Shown here: positions 12,119-23,568 of the stretch, piece by piece
Numbering within the stretch: the first letter of the stretch is position 1
Layout of the letters: every line of letters starts with the position of its first letter
Source: Anthoceros angustus
Taxonomy: Eukaryota; Plantae; Anthocerotophyta
Assembly: GCA_010909165.1 (NCBI GenBank)
Contig: MU008216.1
Location: 124,001 to 188,000, forward strand
DNA: 64,000 nucleotides
Direction: 5' to 3'
Position numbers and translations under genes: made by a program
The notes under the pieces: model-generated
Databases searched by the model: none
Seen by the model: only the letters and a program-made list of their open reading frames with translations
Told to the model about the DNA's origin: nothing

Positions 12119-13617
12119 ATGTCCTTTGTCCTGCAAAAGGCGTTGGCAAACGCAGTGTACAAAACGATGATGACAAGCGTAGGGAGGCGCCTTCTTGGCC
12201 CGAGTGGTGATAGGTGTTTTCTTATCCCAACCTAGAAATTCTCCGTGCAGTAGGTAATGTTGAGGTGAGCGATCACGGGGTTAGTCCCCCTTGGCATTAC
12301 GCCATTGGTTGGGTTGTTCCTTTTCCTTTGTGGGGTAGATGGTTCTTTTGTTACATAAAGTCTCTACGTTCTCCATTTGCAGAGAAGTTGCGCATAACGG
12401 TTTGTCTTGGCCAGCATCGCCTTGACACTATCGTCAGACGCCTTCCCATTCGATTGCTTCCACCAGTTGCCCGTGGCTGCGAGACGCTGGTTGGCGAGGA
12501 AATGCGCCACAATGCCTGCTGCTGCTGGGCCATGTAGATGACGCGAGGAAGCAAGCGCACCAGGAGTGCCCGACGCCCCTCATCTGCTCCTACTGTAGAG
12601 ACAACGATACAGCAAAGAATGAGCGGCAGAAATTGTGCAAAGATGATTCTGCTGAACTGGCAGCAAAGATGAGATGGTTCTAAACCCTGCTAACCCGGGC
12701 TATGATGCAGAGCCTGTCTTGTCCTGTGCTGGTGCTGTGCTCTGCAGTGCATTTTCATTGGCAGCGATACACCACATCTGCAACTGCCTTCTGTTCCTCA
12801 TCCTAGTTCCACATTAAGGAATCAGCTGTAAGGGTGACCTGCATTCACCATGTCGGAAACAACGACGTCAGCAAGCGAAATCCAGAAGTTCATGCGCTTT
12901 GTTTGGCCTCCCCTTCGGAGACCTGCAAATTTAAATGCGCTATCCATCTTTGCCAATACGTCCTCGTATTTACACCAATGCTGCGGGGCAAGCCCGCAGA
13001 GGTCCATCAAGACTGTGTCGAGTGTGGCAGCATCCGGTGGCAGGCAGGTGGCTCTGCCATTCGGATCTTGCTCTTGCTCTTGATTTTTTACGTTGTCTTG
13101 CAGGGAAACCTACGGCCTTGGCCTGGTTTTAGGGGGAATGATGTATGAATTGACACCCGTGCTGTCAGTGCCCCAGGCTGACACCCGGGCGGTGAGGTAA
13201 GGTCCTGATTCTCCGCTTTGGCCCTGCTCACCAGCTTCTCAAACCTCTCCACCAGTTGCTCCCCAGCTTTGACCATGGACTTCACCATTTTCTTCAGTCC
13301 ACAATGAACCACCGTGAGGTCAAGTCCCACAACGGCCATCGCTGAATGCTTGTTACCAAGAGTGGCCCTGTCCTTCAGTGCTTGCCTACCTTGAGAGCTT
13401 CAGCCTGAAATGCCGGCCCCACAACCAGCCGCTGCTAATGTCACTCTGGCCGCCCGTTGGCCATAACAATTTCTCGTCCCGCTGTAACTCCTTGGCCCGT
13501 TTGCTGCTCAGAACTCGTCCATTCCTAATCTAAGGTAAGCGTACCACGCGAATCTTCCCAGCGTGTAGGCATTGCGTGTATTGCTGCAAAATACAGATGT
13601 AGATAGGATATGCTTTC

Positions 13618-15451
13618 TTATTGTGGGCAGGCAACGTTGAGCAGGATGTGAGCCAGCATAATATCGACAAAGTATTGATGCCCTATTTGTCCAAACCAGG
13701 GTTGCAGAGCCGGGGGCCTGCCATAGTGTCCTCCATCGCTGCAGTTGTTGTCGAAGTGCCAAGGGAACGTCAGGTCATAGGCGTCCACCACTTGGAGTGG
13801 GATGCCGGTGGCAAGAAATCTGTCAACCAGAAGTTTGTTATACACTTCCATTTTGTGTGGGTTGGCGGGCATGTGCCTCGACTGCCCGGCCGGAGCCACA
13901 GTGGTTCGCAACACAACCCTGGGCCTAACCTTGTTGTGTTCTCCAGCTCGGTCCCATACTTTAGCCCAGAAGGTGGCTGCGGATTCCGCTGCTTTCACGT
14001 ACTTTGTCAGATTGCTCCACATGTCACCGGTACCGTCATGCAGGCCTGAGTTCAGCACCATGAACCTGGGCACTTGGTTGTTGTTGAAGTAGGACTGGAC
14101 GAAGTCGCGGTAAGGCCCATGGGACAGGGATGCCAGGCCCAGGTCGTTCTTGGAATCATCATAGTGCCCTCCAAAGATGCTTGTTATGCGCAGGCTCTGG
14201 GACATGTTGGCGGGGTTATGGAATGTGGCATCAATTCTTCTGCTTACCCAGCCCACGCTCAACCCCAGTACAAAGTTGAGCAGGTTGCGGATGGTGTCTT
14301 GGTGATTGGAGTCGCCCCAGAAGAAGATCCACTTCAAGGAGCTCGCACACTGCCAAGCCGCTGCAGGATCGAAGATGCGGAATTTGCAGTGAGCAGAGTA
14401 GACCCACCCGTTGCTCTCAATCCTGCCAGCAGCTCCATCGCACCAGGATGGATCACAGGGCGTGCTGGGATCTAGGCATCGGAACCTCCCGTCTGCCTCA
14501 GGCTGCCGGTTGCAGGACGCATTGAAGGTGGTGCGACTCCACCGCCCCGTCCATTCCCTCATCTTGTAATCCGTGCCCCTGCAGAGTTGCAGGTCCTCGG
14601 GAGCCTGTCTCCGGGACGCTGCCACAAACTCGACATCGAAACCGAGCACTTCCTTGTCTTGAATCCACGAGTCCGGCCGAAGATCCAGACCATGGAGATT
14701 CCCGAACAGCAACACTGCCGTGAGCCTCAAAACACCAGTCACTCTTGCCGGCACCATTAGCCTGATGAGGTACGATCCATCACCGAGATCCACGACAGGA
14801 GGCCGAGACCTCCATGCCACACCTGATGACAGCCAAGCCAAACACGCAGAATGAGCTCCACGCCCACACTATCTGCATCTCCCACACAAAGAGACTGTTC
14901 AAATTCATCACACAGGGGATCCGAAGGCTCTGTCACAAACCTGTGAGCGCAGTCTCGTAAAAGTCGCCACCAGCACATCGCCGTGTGCGGTTCTCCGTGT
15001 AGGAAACCATGAGCAGCTCATGCTGCACTCCAGCCTCCAGCAGCAGGGGCATCCCAGGCTGCAGCTCGGGCCTCCCAACCAGCGCCACCATGCTGGTGCT
15101 GGCCTCATCGCACCTGTCTGTGCCGTTCTTCTCCTCTTGCCGGATGAGCCATTCCACGTCCATACTCGGATCACGTGACCCCCTCACTTGCCCCGCACGT
15201 GAACTTTCCTCAGGGGGAGCCAGCCGGCCGGCGGCCAGCAGCAGCTGTTGCACCCCTTCCGGTGAACTGTATGACTGAAGCACAACCAGGGTGCTGGAGA
15301 GAAGCAAGACGGCGGCCACCAGCATGGCTCCGGGGTAAAACGCCATGCTCCATGTCTGCGTCCTCGTCTGAGATAGCTGTTTCGCTTCACCACCTCGATC
15401 CAGCTCCGTGCTCATGCCATGTGGAACCCGGCATTTCGTCAAGACCGCCAT
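13618..15451 (-). CDS. Type II membrane protein with Ig/filamin-like fold and SGNH (GDS...DxxH) acyl-esterase/acyltransferase domain; one intron 14823-14940
   Basis: The N-terminal TM segment and RCAGGDFYETALT splice (GT..AG, 118 nt) in frame to GVAWRSRPPVVDLGDGSY. Catalytic motifs WGDSNHQD, LNSGLHD and DGGHYG are present. Confidence 0.85.
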
Positions 15452-17015
15452 CGCTATTCTTCTTGCCGACGCCGATCTTCCAAGAATTGTTAAGGATTCA
15501 GCATCGGATGCTGCGGATAGACATCCTTTTAATCAAGGGATATTTTAATCATTTTTATTGAAGGGATATTTTTATTGCTAACAAGAATGTCATACAACTT
15601 GGCTTGGCCTCACGATGTTAGAGATTTCCAGCCTGTGTAAAGCCAAACCTGAAGCCTGTGTAAAGCCAAAAGCATAGAAAGCCAAAACTGAGTTCTCTGT
15701 TCAGCACGATGTGAAACATGTGCGTCATGTGTGTGGACTCGAATGGAAAGCAGCCTGGCATTGAAGCTGCAGGAACGTGCTCTGCGCTGGTTACTGGTTG
15801 TGGGCAGTTGTTGCCACTCCATGTAGAAATTTGGCCCGGTGGCTGCAGGGACTCCCCGCTGCTTTCTTTGTCGCCTGGGCCAGAATATTCAGGGATCGCC
15901 GGTATCTGTGGCAGAATTGAGGCTTCAATGTTTGGTTATATTTGCAGATGAGTTGGTCACGGCGTGCGCCGAGCGCCGGGGTGACGATGAGCGGCGGGTG
16001 CTGCGGGCGTGACAGCGCCGTAGGCAAGGACACCAGGGCATACGCGGCAGGCTCCATCGCCACCACAAGTGAAATTAAGCGTCCGGGGGAACTCGTGTGG
16101 ATGGGGAGGGAGCGTGGGAAATCAGCGTGTGGCTGTGCTGTGCATGCGCGGGGAGCGGATGTCTACCCTCCTTGCAGTGAGGGGGATATCCAGATCAGGG
16201 GCACCTCCTTCTCTCCGTCTGCAACAAGGTTTCCAGCCCATTGTTGGAGGTGAGCTTGTTCCCTCAGAACCAATACATCCAGATTCACTGCATATATTTT
16301 CTGCCACTACGCCGATCAACTCTCTCGTGCTGCCTGTCTTTATGCAGCTTGCACTCCACAACCTCAATTGCAAGTGGTGCAGCCCATGGTTGCATTGGCA
16401 TTAAGGCCTTTGGTGAGGATACCGGATCGTTGATGACTTGACAGAAACTTGCTTCCTTGAAATTTATTTTATGTGCCCTTTCTTCACCCTTTCCTCACCA
16501 ATGCTTGTTTCAATCGACGGTACTGGTGATTCAACTCGTGTTGCACTTTATTTTACGAGAACGAGGCGGGAAATTGAGATATTTTGAGCCTTCACGACCC
16601 GTCGCTGTGTGCTGTTGCACAGAGTGGTGGACAAGCAAGCAGCCTTCATTTGCCTATCGATAGACAGCGGCTGCGAATCGCTCAGCTAGAGGAGCAGCTC
16701 CAGAACCTTCCAATGCTGGAATATTCTGGTTGACCGTCGCGATTCTGCAGCTTCATGCGAGCGCACTATTGCACACACTGCGACGAGAAGTGTAATGGCT
16801 CACCAATTGGTGTTCATCAATTTCACAAAACAAGAAGGCATGCATGATTGTGGAGGCATGGATGAACCATGTGGAGGCCGTGAATTATATACGATGAACA
16901 AAACCACTCTCAACGGACCAAGCTCGCCAACTTCCACCGTTCCAATCCAATCCATTCCGCACCAGCAGAGGTTCATGATGATGAGGTATCCACATTGCTC
17001 ACTCCCAATGGCCTG

Positions 17016-17129
17016 CTAAGACTCCAATTGCGGCGGCGGGGAGGGAGTGAGCGGGGTTCGGACCTGGGGCGTCCTGAGCTTGAAGATCCAGCCCACGGCC
17101 ATGCCGCAGAGGAAGCCGTAGGCGTTCAT
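17016..17129 (-). CDS. Candidate 37-aa single-pass micropeptide MNAYGFLCGMAVGWIFKLRTPQVRTPLTPSPPPQLES
   Basis: A run of about 30 consecutive codons ends in G/C in this frame. A gccctgcag acceptor lies 6 nt before the ATG. The N-terminal half is hydrophobic. The longer 17016-17318 ORF is an alternative reading. Confidence 0.45.
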   Translation of the reverse strand: MNAYGFLCGMAVGWIFKLRTPQVRTPLTPSPPPQLES

Positions 17130-17691
17130 GTTCCACTGCAGGGCGACGGAGGCGATGACAGCGGGATGAAACAGCGGGATGCCGTCTCTTGGAGTCGCGG
17201 TGAAGGCGATTGCGGCGGCTCTCCGCAGGGAACCTTGCTTCAGAAGCAGAGTGCACGATCCGATTACGCCGCCTGCTCGATGTGATGGTCCCGACATCGC
17301 GAAGTCCCAATTAAACAATTGTCATGACATCGCGGCGGAACAGCTACTTGGCCGCTTCCACTTGTTGGCCAGCGGGAGCCGCTGAGGCTGTTGCATTCCG
17401 TAGTGCGTGCCAGGAGCAGAGGGGAATCAGAAAGGCGTGAAAAGCCCAAAATCGAATGCGCTTAGCCTTCAACACCACGTTGGCTATGGCGTCCGCGGGC
17501 CTCCTGCTTCACACTCCCCTCCACGCGAACCCTACACCGGGCCGGCCTGCAACCGGCTGCTGGCGCGCGGCCGGCGGGCGAACCCTAAACCTTCCCACAT
17601 GGAACAATAAAATACTGAAACAAAACTGGGCGCCAGGCGGTGATTCGCCGCCGACCCCTTTTTCAGTAAGGCCTGAATGGAGCATGATGTG

Positions 17692-19675
17692 CTACTTCAG
17701 ACTGTACCATGTGCCGGATGGCAGGTGCACGGTCTGATCTGCATCCCTGCCATCGGGGGGCTTCGGCTTGGGCTGCTCCTCTCCGGATTCACGACTGCCT
17801 GCCTCCGCCGGCTTCTCGTCTAGCGCCTTCTGCAGATCCTGGAAGGAGACTGTTGCGGAGCCTCTGCGCTTGGGTGTCTGCTGTGAAGCGTGAGGGGACC
17901 ATCCCGCCATGTATATCACCTGCCACCACCCAGAGCGGTTAGGTGAGGCCATGGTGAGTGGGGCAGTACGGGTTGCAGCACAAGAAACAACCTGAAATGT
18001 GGCTGGAACTGAGCCATCCTCGGCTGCAAACATGGCCTTGTATATAGCTGCGGCAGCTAAGGCTGTATCCCTCCTCAGAACCTGCAGGGAACAAGAGACA
18101 TAGGTTTCAAGGCTTCTTCTTCAGGGGGGAGAGCATTCGGGGTGTTGTCCAAACCTGGCTTCGCTGTCGGACTGCATTCGCCTCACCCATTGAACGCAAA
18201 TGATCGATCAACTCCAGGGCTGGCATCCAAGTTTACAGAGGAGTCACTTGGTGAGCAGGAAATGGACTGCGCACCACAGAGACACATGGCATGGATTCTT
18301 ACCGCTGGGATATCTCACGGTGAAAGTATCCACATCGACTGCAGGTAGTGCGAGCCCGGCTCTTGTGAGAAGGTTTCCGGCATCACGTACCTGCCCATTC
18401 GCCAAAGGCACAGTCAAGTTTCCACCACAATCTCACCACCGCATTTCACTAAGTCGAATGCAGCGTAGCATCAAACCTGTGCCAGTGGTGAAATGCGAGG
18501 GCTCACTCCACCCTCCCGTTCTAGCTGGGCACATGTGCATGCAATCCTCAACTCCCTGCACTAAGGATGCCACAAGTATCACATTACATGGGCACTGCGC
18601 AGGATACGGAAATGACGGATGCACAATTTTACACAAACAATGGCCAACCTTAGTGATTCACCCCCAAAGATGGAGGCCAGAAACAGGCCATCTGGTTTGA
18701 GCGCATTCCGGCACTGGGTCAAGCACCATAAACACACTCATCAAATACATGTCACCGCATCTTCTCAGAAAAGCCACTCAACCGCTGCAGGGAAACCCAT
18801 CATTTACCTGTATGATGGCACCAGGAAGATCATTAACCCAGTGCAAGCCAAGAGAACTGACTATCAAGTCTAAAGACCTGCCACACACCAAGACAACACC
18901 ACACTGAATCAGTCGTCAGCAATTCTCGCACCTGGTCACACAAATCAAACATGAAGGAGACAAACAGCGGCTGACCTCTCTTCCAAAGGCAACGATTCTT
19001 CATCCCCAACCATGTGCACATTCGTGATTGTTGGTGAACCAACATGGACACTATTCTCTGTGGCTACATTCTGTCTGGATTTTTCTATCATGTCAGTAGA
19101 GATATCCATGTTTATCAGGGTCTCCACACCACCTGTGGAGATACACAGTCAAGTTCTCAAGTTTGGCAACAAACAAGGGTTGAAATAAATGCTCATATCA
19201 GCTCACCACGGCCATGGAGCAACCGTCTAACGTGCTCAAAAGCACCACCTAGATTAAGAGCTGTTGGAAACTTTCTTTTGCAATCCTGCAGCAAAGTCAC
19301 AGTCAGTTGTCTACCATACCAACTGCAAACAGCTTGTCCACATTATGCACACAAGGTGTGCAATCTACAAAGTACTCACATCAAGTCGATCTAATAGAGT
19401 CTCTGTCACCACGCTCAGCACTGGATCGTCCGCCTTCATCAACCAGGCTGCCCTGTCCCGCTGTGTCCAAATCAAAACATCGAAGGAGACCTGTAAACCC
19501 TACACTGTGCCCTAGAGCATGTCTCCAATTCACAAGACCGAAGCCACACTACCTGCTTCCGCTTAACATCCCTGTCGAAGATGTCCACGTTCCGGTCACC
19601 AACGAGCTGCGCTCTAAGCTGGTGATCTGAAGAAGAGAAAGCCCTCAGCAGCGGTCTGCGTGCGAGACGAGACAT
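17692..19675 (-). CDS. NDUFAF5: NADH dehydrogenase complex I assembly factor 5 (SAM-dependent methyltransferase fold), mitochondrial; ~11 exons
   Basis: Spliced: [19 protein letters not shown] | RDRAAWLM | [14 protein letters not shown] | [19 protein letters not shown] | [21 protein letters not shown] | [19 protein letters not shown] | [13 protein letters not shown] | [13 protein letters not shown] | [18 protein letters not shown] | [26 protein letters not shown]. Confidence 0.93.
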
Positions 19676-21698
19676 CGCCGCTGGCACCCGACCACCCCAG
19701 TTTCGTGATGAGTCCTGAGTATGTATGATGGATGAAATGAGGAGGCTGGGACTTTGTATCAGCCAGCTGCACACTGCATGACAAGTGGGAGGGTCGACAC
19801 GATGCAGAGGCTGTAGGGCACCCGATCCAGCATGTTGTCAGCTGACCCAAGGCCCCACAGCCAACACTTGAAGACACGTAGGGCAAGCATCCAGCTCCTT
19901 GCCCCACGTCTAACTTCTCCAGGCTTTCCTACTCTTGCGGAGAATTGAGCCCCCAATGGTGCCCAATTCGTAGCGGGCAACCCCCTCTTGGTAATGACAG
20001 CGCGCCCGGCCTAGGTTGTCTCCTGCTTAGCCGGTTGGACTGTTGTCTTCCGGAGACACTTCCAGGGTGCTGATGTTTGTTGTAAGGAAACAAACAGGTG
20101 GTAACCTGGGTGGTTGTCTTGCAGTTTTGCCACAAGGCATTTGTGTTCTGTACGATGTGCATTCGTGTTGTGCATGATGTGCATACATGTCTGCTTCCTG
20201 GGCAACCCCAGTGACTTCGCTGGTGATGCTACAGTGAACATCCAGCGCCAAAGGCTTTTTGACAAGGGCTTCTGCACATATTTGACATATTCCATGGTAT
20301 GTAGAGCAATTTATTGGTCTTTCTGCCTCGAATCAAAGGTATCAGAACCTCCAGCTCGCAGGTTTGTGCGTCTTGCTTTTCTTGAGTGCCACACCGGTGG
20401 CTCTTTCCGATTGCTTCCTGATGTAGTCTAATCAAGATATTCCAGCAGAAAACAGCAATGCCTGCGACCCTTGGATTCTCATCAAAAGTCCAAGAATTCA
20501 TCCCACGACTTTAGAAGGAACAAAGTGGATATAAAAGGACAGCGTTTTCAAGCCAATGTGAGGAGCACTGTCTTGTTTATCCATCTGGTTGAGTGCCCAC
20601 GTTCATCTGGTTGCATACTGTTGGATTTCTGAAGTACGAGAGAAGAGAGGTGGTACTCTCATCCTTGCTGAGCTTGGACAGAGTATGGTTATCCTCCTGG
20701 ACGGTGTGAACTGGGGAGTAGGGGACGTCTACGACATACTTACGGTATAATGTTTCCCACTCTGTATGCAGTTGCGATCTACCGCGAAGTCGATAATGGC
20801 AGACATAAAACGCCATAGAAAGTGCCACGTCTACATGTACGCAAGTATCTACATATGTGTCTGTAGGTGGGCGAAACAAGTGGGTCACCTTTCACCAAGA
20901 CGTAGAAGGCCTGTCAGTCCCTAGCACTCGTGGTAAGAGATGGGCCAATGTAGAAGGGAGGCCAAGGACTTGACTTTATCCAATCACTTATCCCTAAGAA
21001 CGAGAAACCAGGAGCTGAACACATCGGCCGCAGGCATCCTTTGAGCAGTCACCTTCGCCCATCACGTGTCTCAGACAGCAAAAGCAGCCAGAGATGCAGG
21101 CCAAGCCGCCTGACCAATGCCAACTGGGACCAAGTGTGTGGGCCAACCGTGAATCCACAGAAATCTCCTTCTATGTTCCCACCACAACTTGTGAGCTCCT
21201 ACGGCTTCCTGGCCACAGCAAGTTCTGAGACTCCCTGAAGACCACGTGGGTGACGCTCACATATGTTGTCAGCTCCATTAACCACAACCAACAACCAACT
21301 GGACAGACCCATCCCCATATCTTCACAGACGACTCCAAGCATAACCAACCAGACAAATCATCTTATCTTCCCTAAATGCAGCGCTCACGACCAACTGAGC
21401 AGGCATCATCCAGAATTACCCCATAAGCTTCATCCACAGCAAACGACACCCATGAACTTCATCACAGTTCTTGCCTGTGCACCGGGATAACAACAGATAG
21501 GCCTAGACACTTTTGCAACAGGGCAATATACGGTTCGAACATAATGAATCCTCAGAAGACGTACAATGCATCGATACCAAAGAATCACATTACATTGTTG
21601 ATACAGCGAGAAATATGGCTATCCTGTCTGAACTGTATCACCCATAGCTTGCAAAATGACCTACAGGCCGAACTAAATTAAACAAAACACCCGACGAT

Positions 21699-22621
21699 CT
21701 AGACACCGGGGGTGAAAATGGTGGCGTAGGCCCAGGCGTTGTTGACGGCGGGGTCAGCCAAGTGGTCGGACAGGTTCTCGAGGGGTCCCTTGCCGGTGAC
21801 GATGGCCTGGACGAAGAAGCCGAACATGGAGAACATAGCGAGTCTGCCGTTCTTGAGCTCCTTCACCTTAAGCTCAGCGAACGTGTCGGGGTCGTCAGCC
21901 AAACCCAAGGGGTCGAAGGAGCCACCAGGGTAGAGCGGGTCAGACACCTCTCCCAGCGGGCCTCCGGCAACACGGTAGGCCTCAACGGCTCCCATGAGCA
22001 CCACCTGGGAAGCCCAGATAGCCAGAATGCTCTGTGCGTGTACAAGGCTGGGGTTGCCGAGGTAGTCCAATCCTCCCTCAGAGAAGATCTGGCTTCCGGC
22101 CTTGAACCACACAGCCTCACCGAAGGAGACGCCATTCTTGGACAGCAGCTCGGGGAAGATGCAGCCGAGTGTGCCGAGCATGGCCCAGCGGGAGTGAATC
22201 ACCTCCAGCTCCCGGTTCTTGGCGAAAGTCTCGGGGTCGGAGGAGAGTCCGGCAGTGTCCCAGCCGTAGTCGCCGGGAAACTCACCGGTCAGGTAAGACG
22301 GGGTTGCACCGGAGAACGGGCCCAGGTACTTGGGGCGGTCGGGGCCGTACCTGAAGGAAATCACACAATGCGCGTTAGGACGCGGGCGCGGGAACACAAT
22401 GCAGCTCCGAAACATTGGTAGTCTGACAAGAGGAAGGCGAGAAGAAGTCAGGTTGAGTTGCGATGCGTCTCGCACCAGATGCTGGTCGGGGCAGACTTGG
22501 CGGTCCTCCTCATCTGCACGCGGGCCTCGACATTGCCGACGCGGCGGGAGAGCTCGGAGGCCTGCTTCAGGACGGCCTGTCCGGCGAAGGAGGTCGAGGC
22601 GCAGGCGGTGGCGGAGGCCAT
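21699..22621 (-). CDS. LHCB2: Chlorophyll a/b-binding protein of LHCII (Lhcb2-type), one intron 22351-22475
   Basis: Transit peptide [28 protein letters not shown] splices to [57 protein letters not shown]. The N-terminal sequence and intron position fit the Lhcb2 type. Confidence 0.93.
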
Positions 22622-22708
22622 GGCTGCCGGCGACTCGAGGATGAGCTGATGCGACTGGAGTGGAAGGAGGAAGCGAGAATGCGTGAGTTCTGTCTAGCCC
22701 AGGTGCCG

Positions 22709-22787
22709 ATATAGTGCTGCCGCTGTGAGGCCGCATCCGCTTGTGCCTTTTCCCATTGGTCCTTACAGATTTTACCGGCTGACGTGG
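22709..22787 (-). promoter_or_regulatory. Lhcb core promoter: TATA-like, CCAAT, CCA1-binding-like site and ACGT box
   Basis: Minus strand CTATAT (22709-14), CCAAT (22755-59) and AAAATCT (22767-73); plus strand TGACGTGG (22780-87). All lie 88-166 bp upstream of the Lhcb ATG. Confidence 0.6.
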
Positions 22788-22984
22788 TTTCGGATTACAC
22801 GACGGGGGGACTGGTCACTGGAGGAGCACCGGCTCTTACACCCGCCGTTCCGTCCTGTTCCGTTTCCCTCCTCCCCGTTCCGTCCGATCGGGGCTCCGGT
22901 TCCGCGTTCCGTTACGCGGCTCTCGGGCGGGAGATAACGAGGATGAGGCTCTGAGGCTGCAGGATCGGCTCTGAGGCGAGAGCT

Positions 22985-23568
22985 ATGGCGGCGATGGCGG
23001 CCTGTGCGGGCGCGGGCGGTTCTGCGGCTGCGGTGTGCTTGCCGCGGGCAGGTGTGGAGAGGGAGTTCTCGGGGCTCAGGTTTGGGGTTGCGGTGGGAGG
23101 CGTGCGGAGCAGCTGCCCGGGAGGCTGGTTGTGGATGGCGGTGGCCAGGGTGAGGATGGCGGGGCTGGCGCCGCTCCCGCCCGCGCCCGCGCCGGGGCGG
23201 TTGGGGTCAGGATTGGGGCTGTGGCGGGTGTGGCTGCGCCGGAGGTGGCCAAGATGCCGAGCAAGCAGAAGATCAGGATCAAGCTGAGGTCGTACTGGGT
23301 GCCGCTCATCGAGCAGGCGTGCAAGCAGATTCTGGAGGCGGCCAGGAACACCAACTCCAAGACCATGGGGCCGGTGCCGCTGCCTACCAAGAGGAGGCTC
23401 TACTGCTTGCTTAGGTCTCCTCACGTGGACAAGGACTCGCGGGAGCATTTCGAGATTAGGACGCATAGGCGATTGATTGATCTGGAGAACCCTAACGCGC
23501 AGACCATAGACGCTCTGATGCAGTTAGATTTGCCGGCCGGGGTGGATGTGGAGGTGAAGCTCACTTGA
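22985..23568 (+). CDS. PRPS10: Plastid 30S ribosomal protein S10, nuclear-encoded; apparent 1-nt frameshift near 23176-23178
   Basis: [56 protein letters not shown] is S10. The transit peptide (MAAMAAC..FSGLR) is in another frame; adding one C to ctcccgcc joins the two frames. Confidence 0.92.

Noticed and set aside
15718-16441. GC-rich ORFs between the SGNH gene and the micropeptide candidate
   Set aside because: There is no recognisable domain or consistent codon bias in any frame, so no gene could be supported.
21739-22736. Plus-strand ORFs over LHCB2 and the 345-aa unspliced minus ORF
   Set aside because: These are antisense shadows of GC3-rich coding sequence. The true gene uses an intron and a different upstream frame.
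22985-23568. Plastid DNA insertion (NUPT) or bacterial contamination for rps10
   Set aside because: It has a transit peptide, nuclear GC-rich codon use and no flanking ribosomal operon genes.
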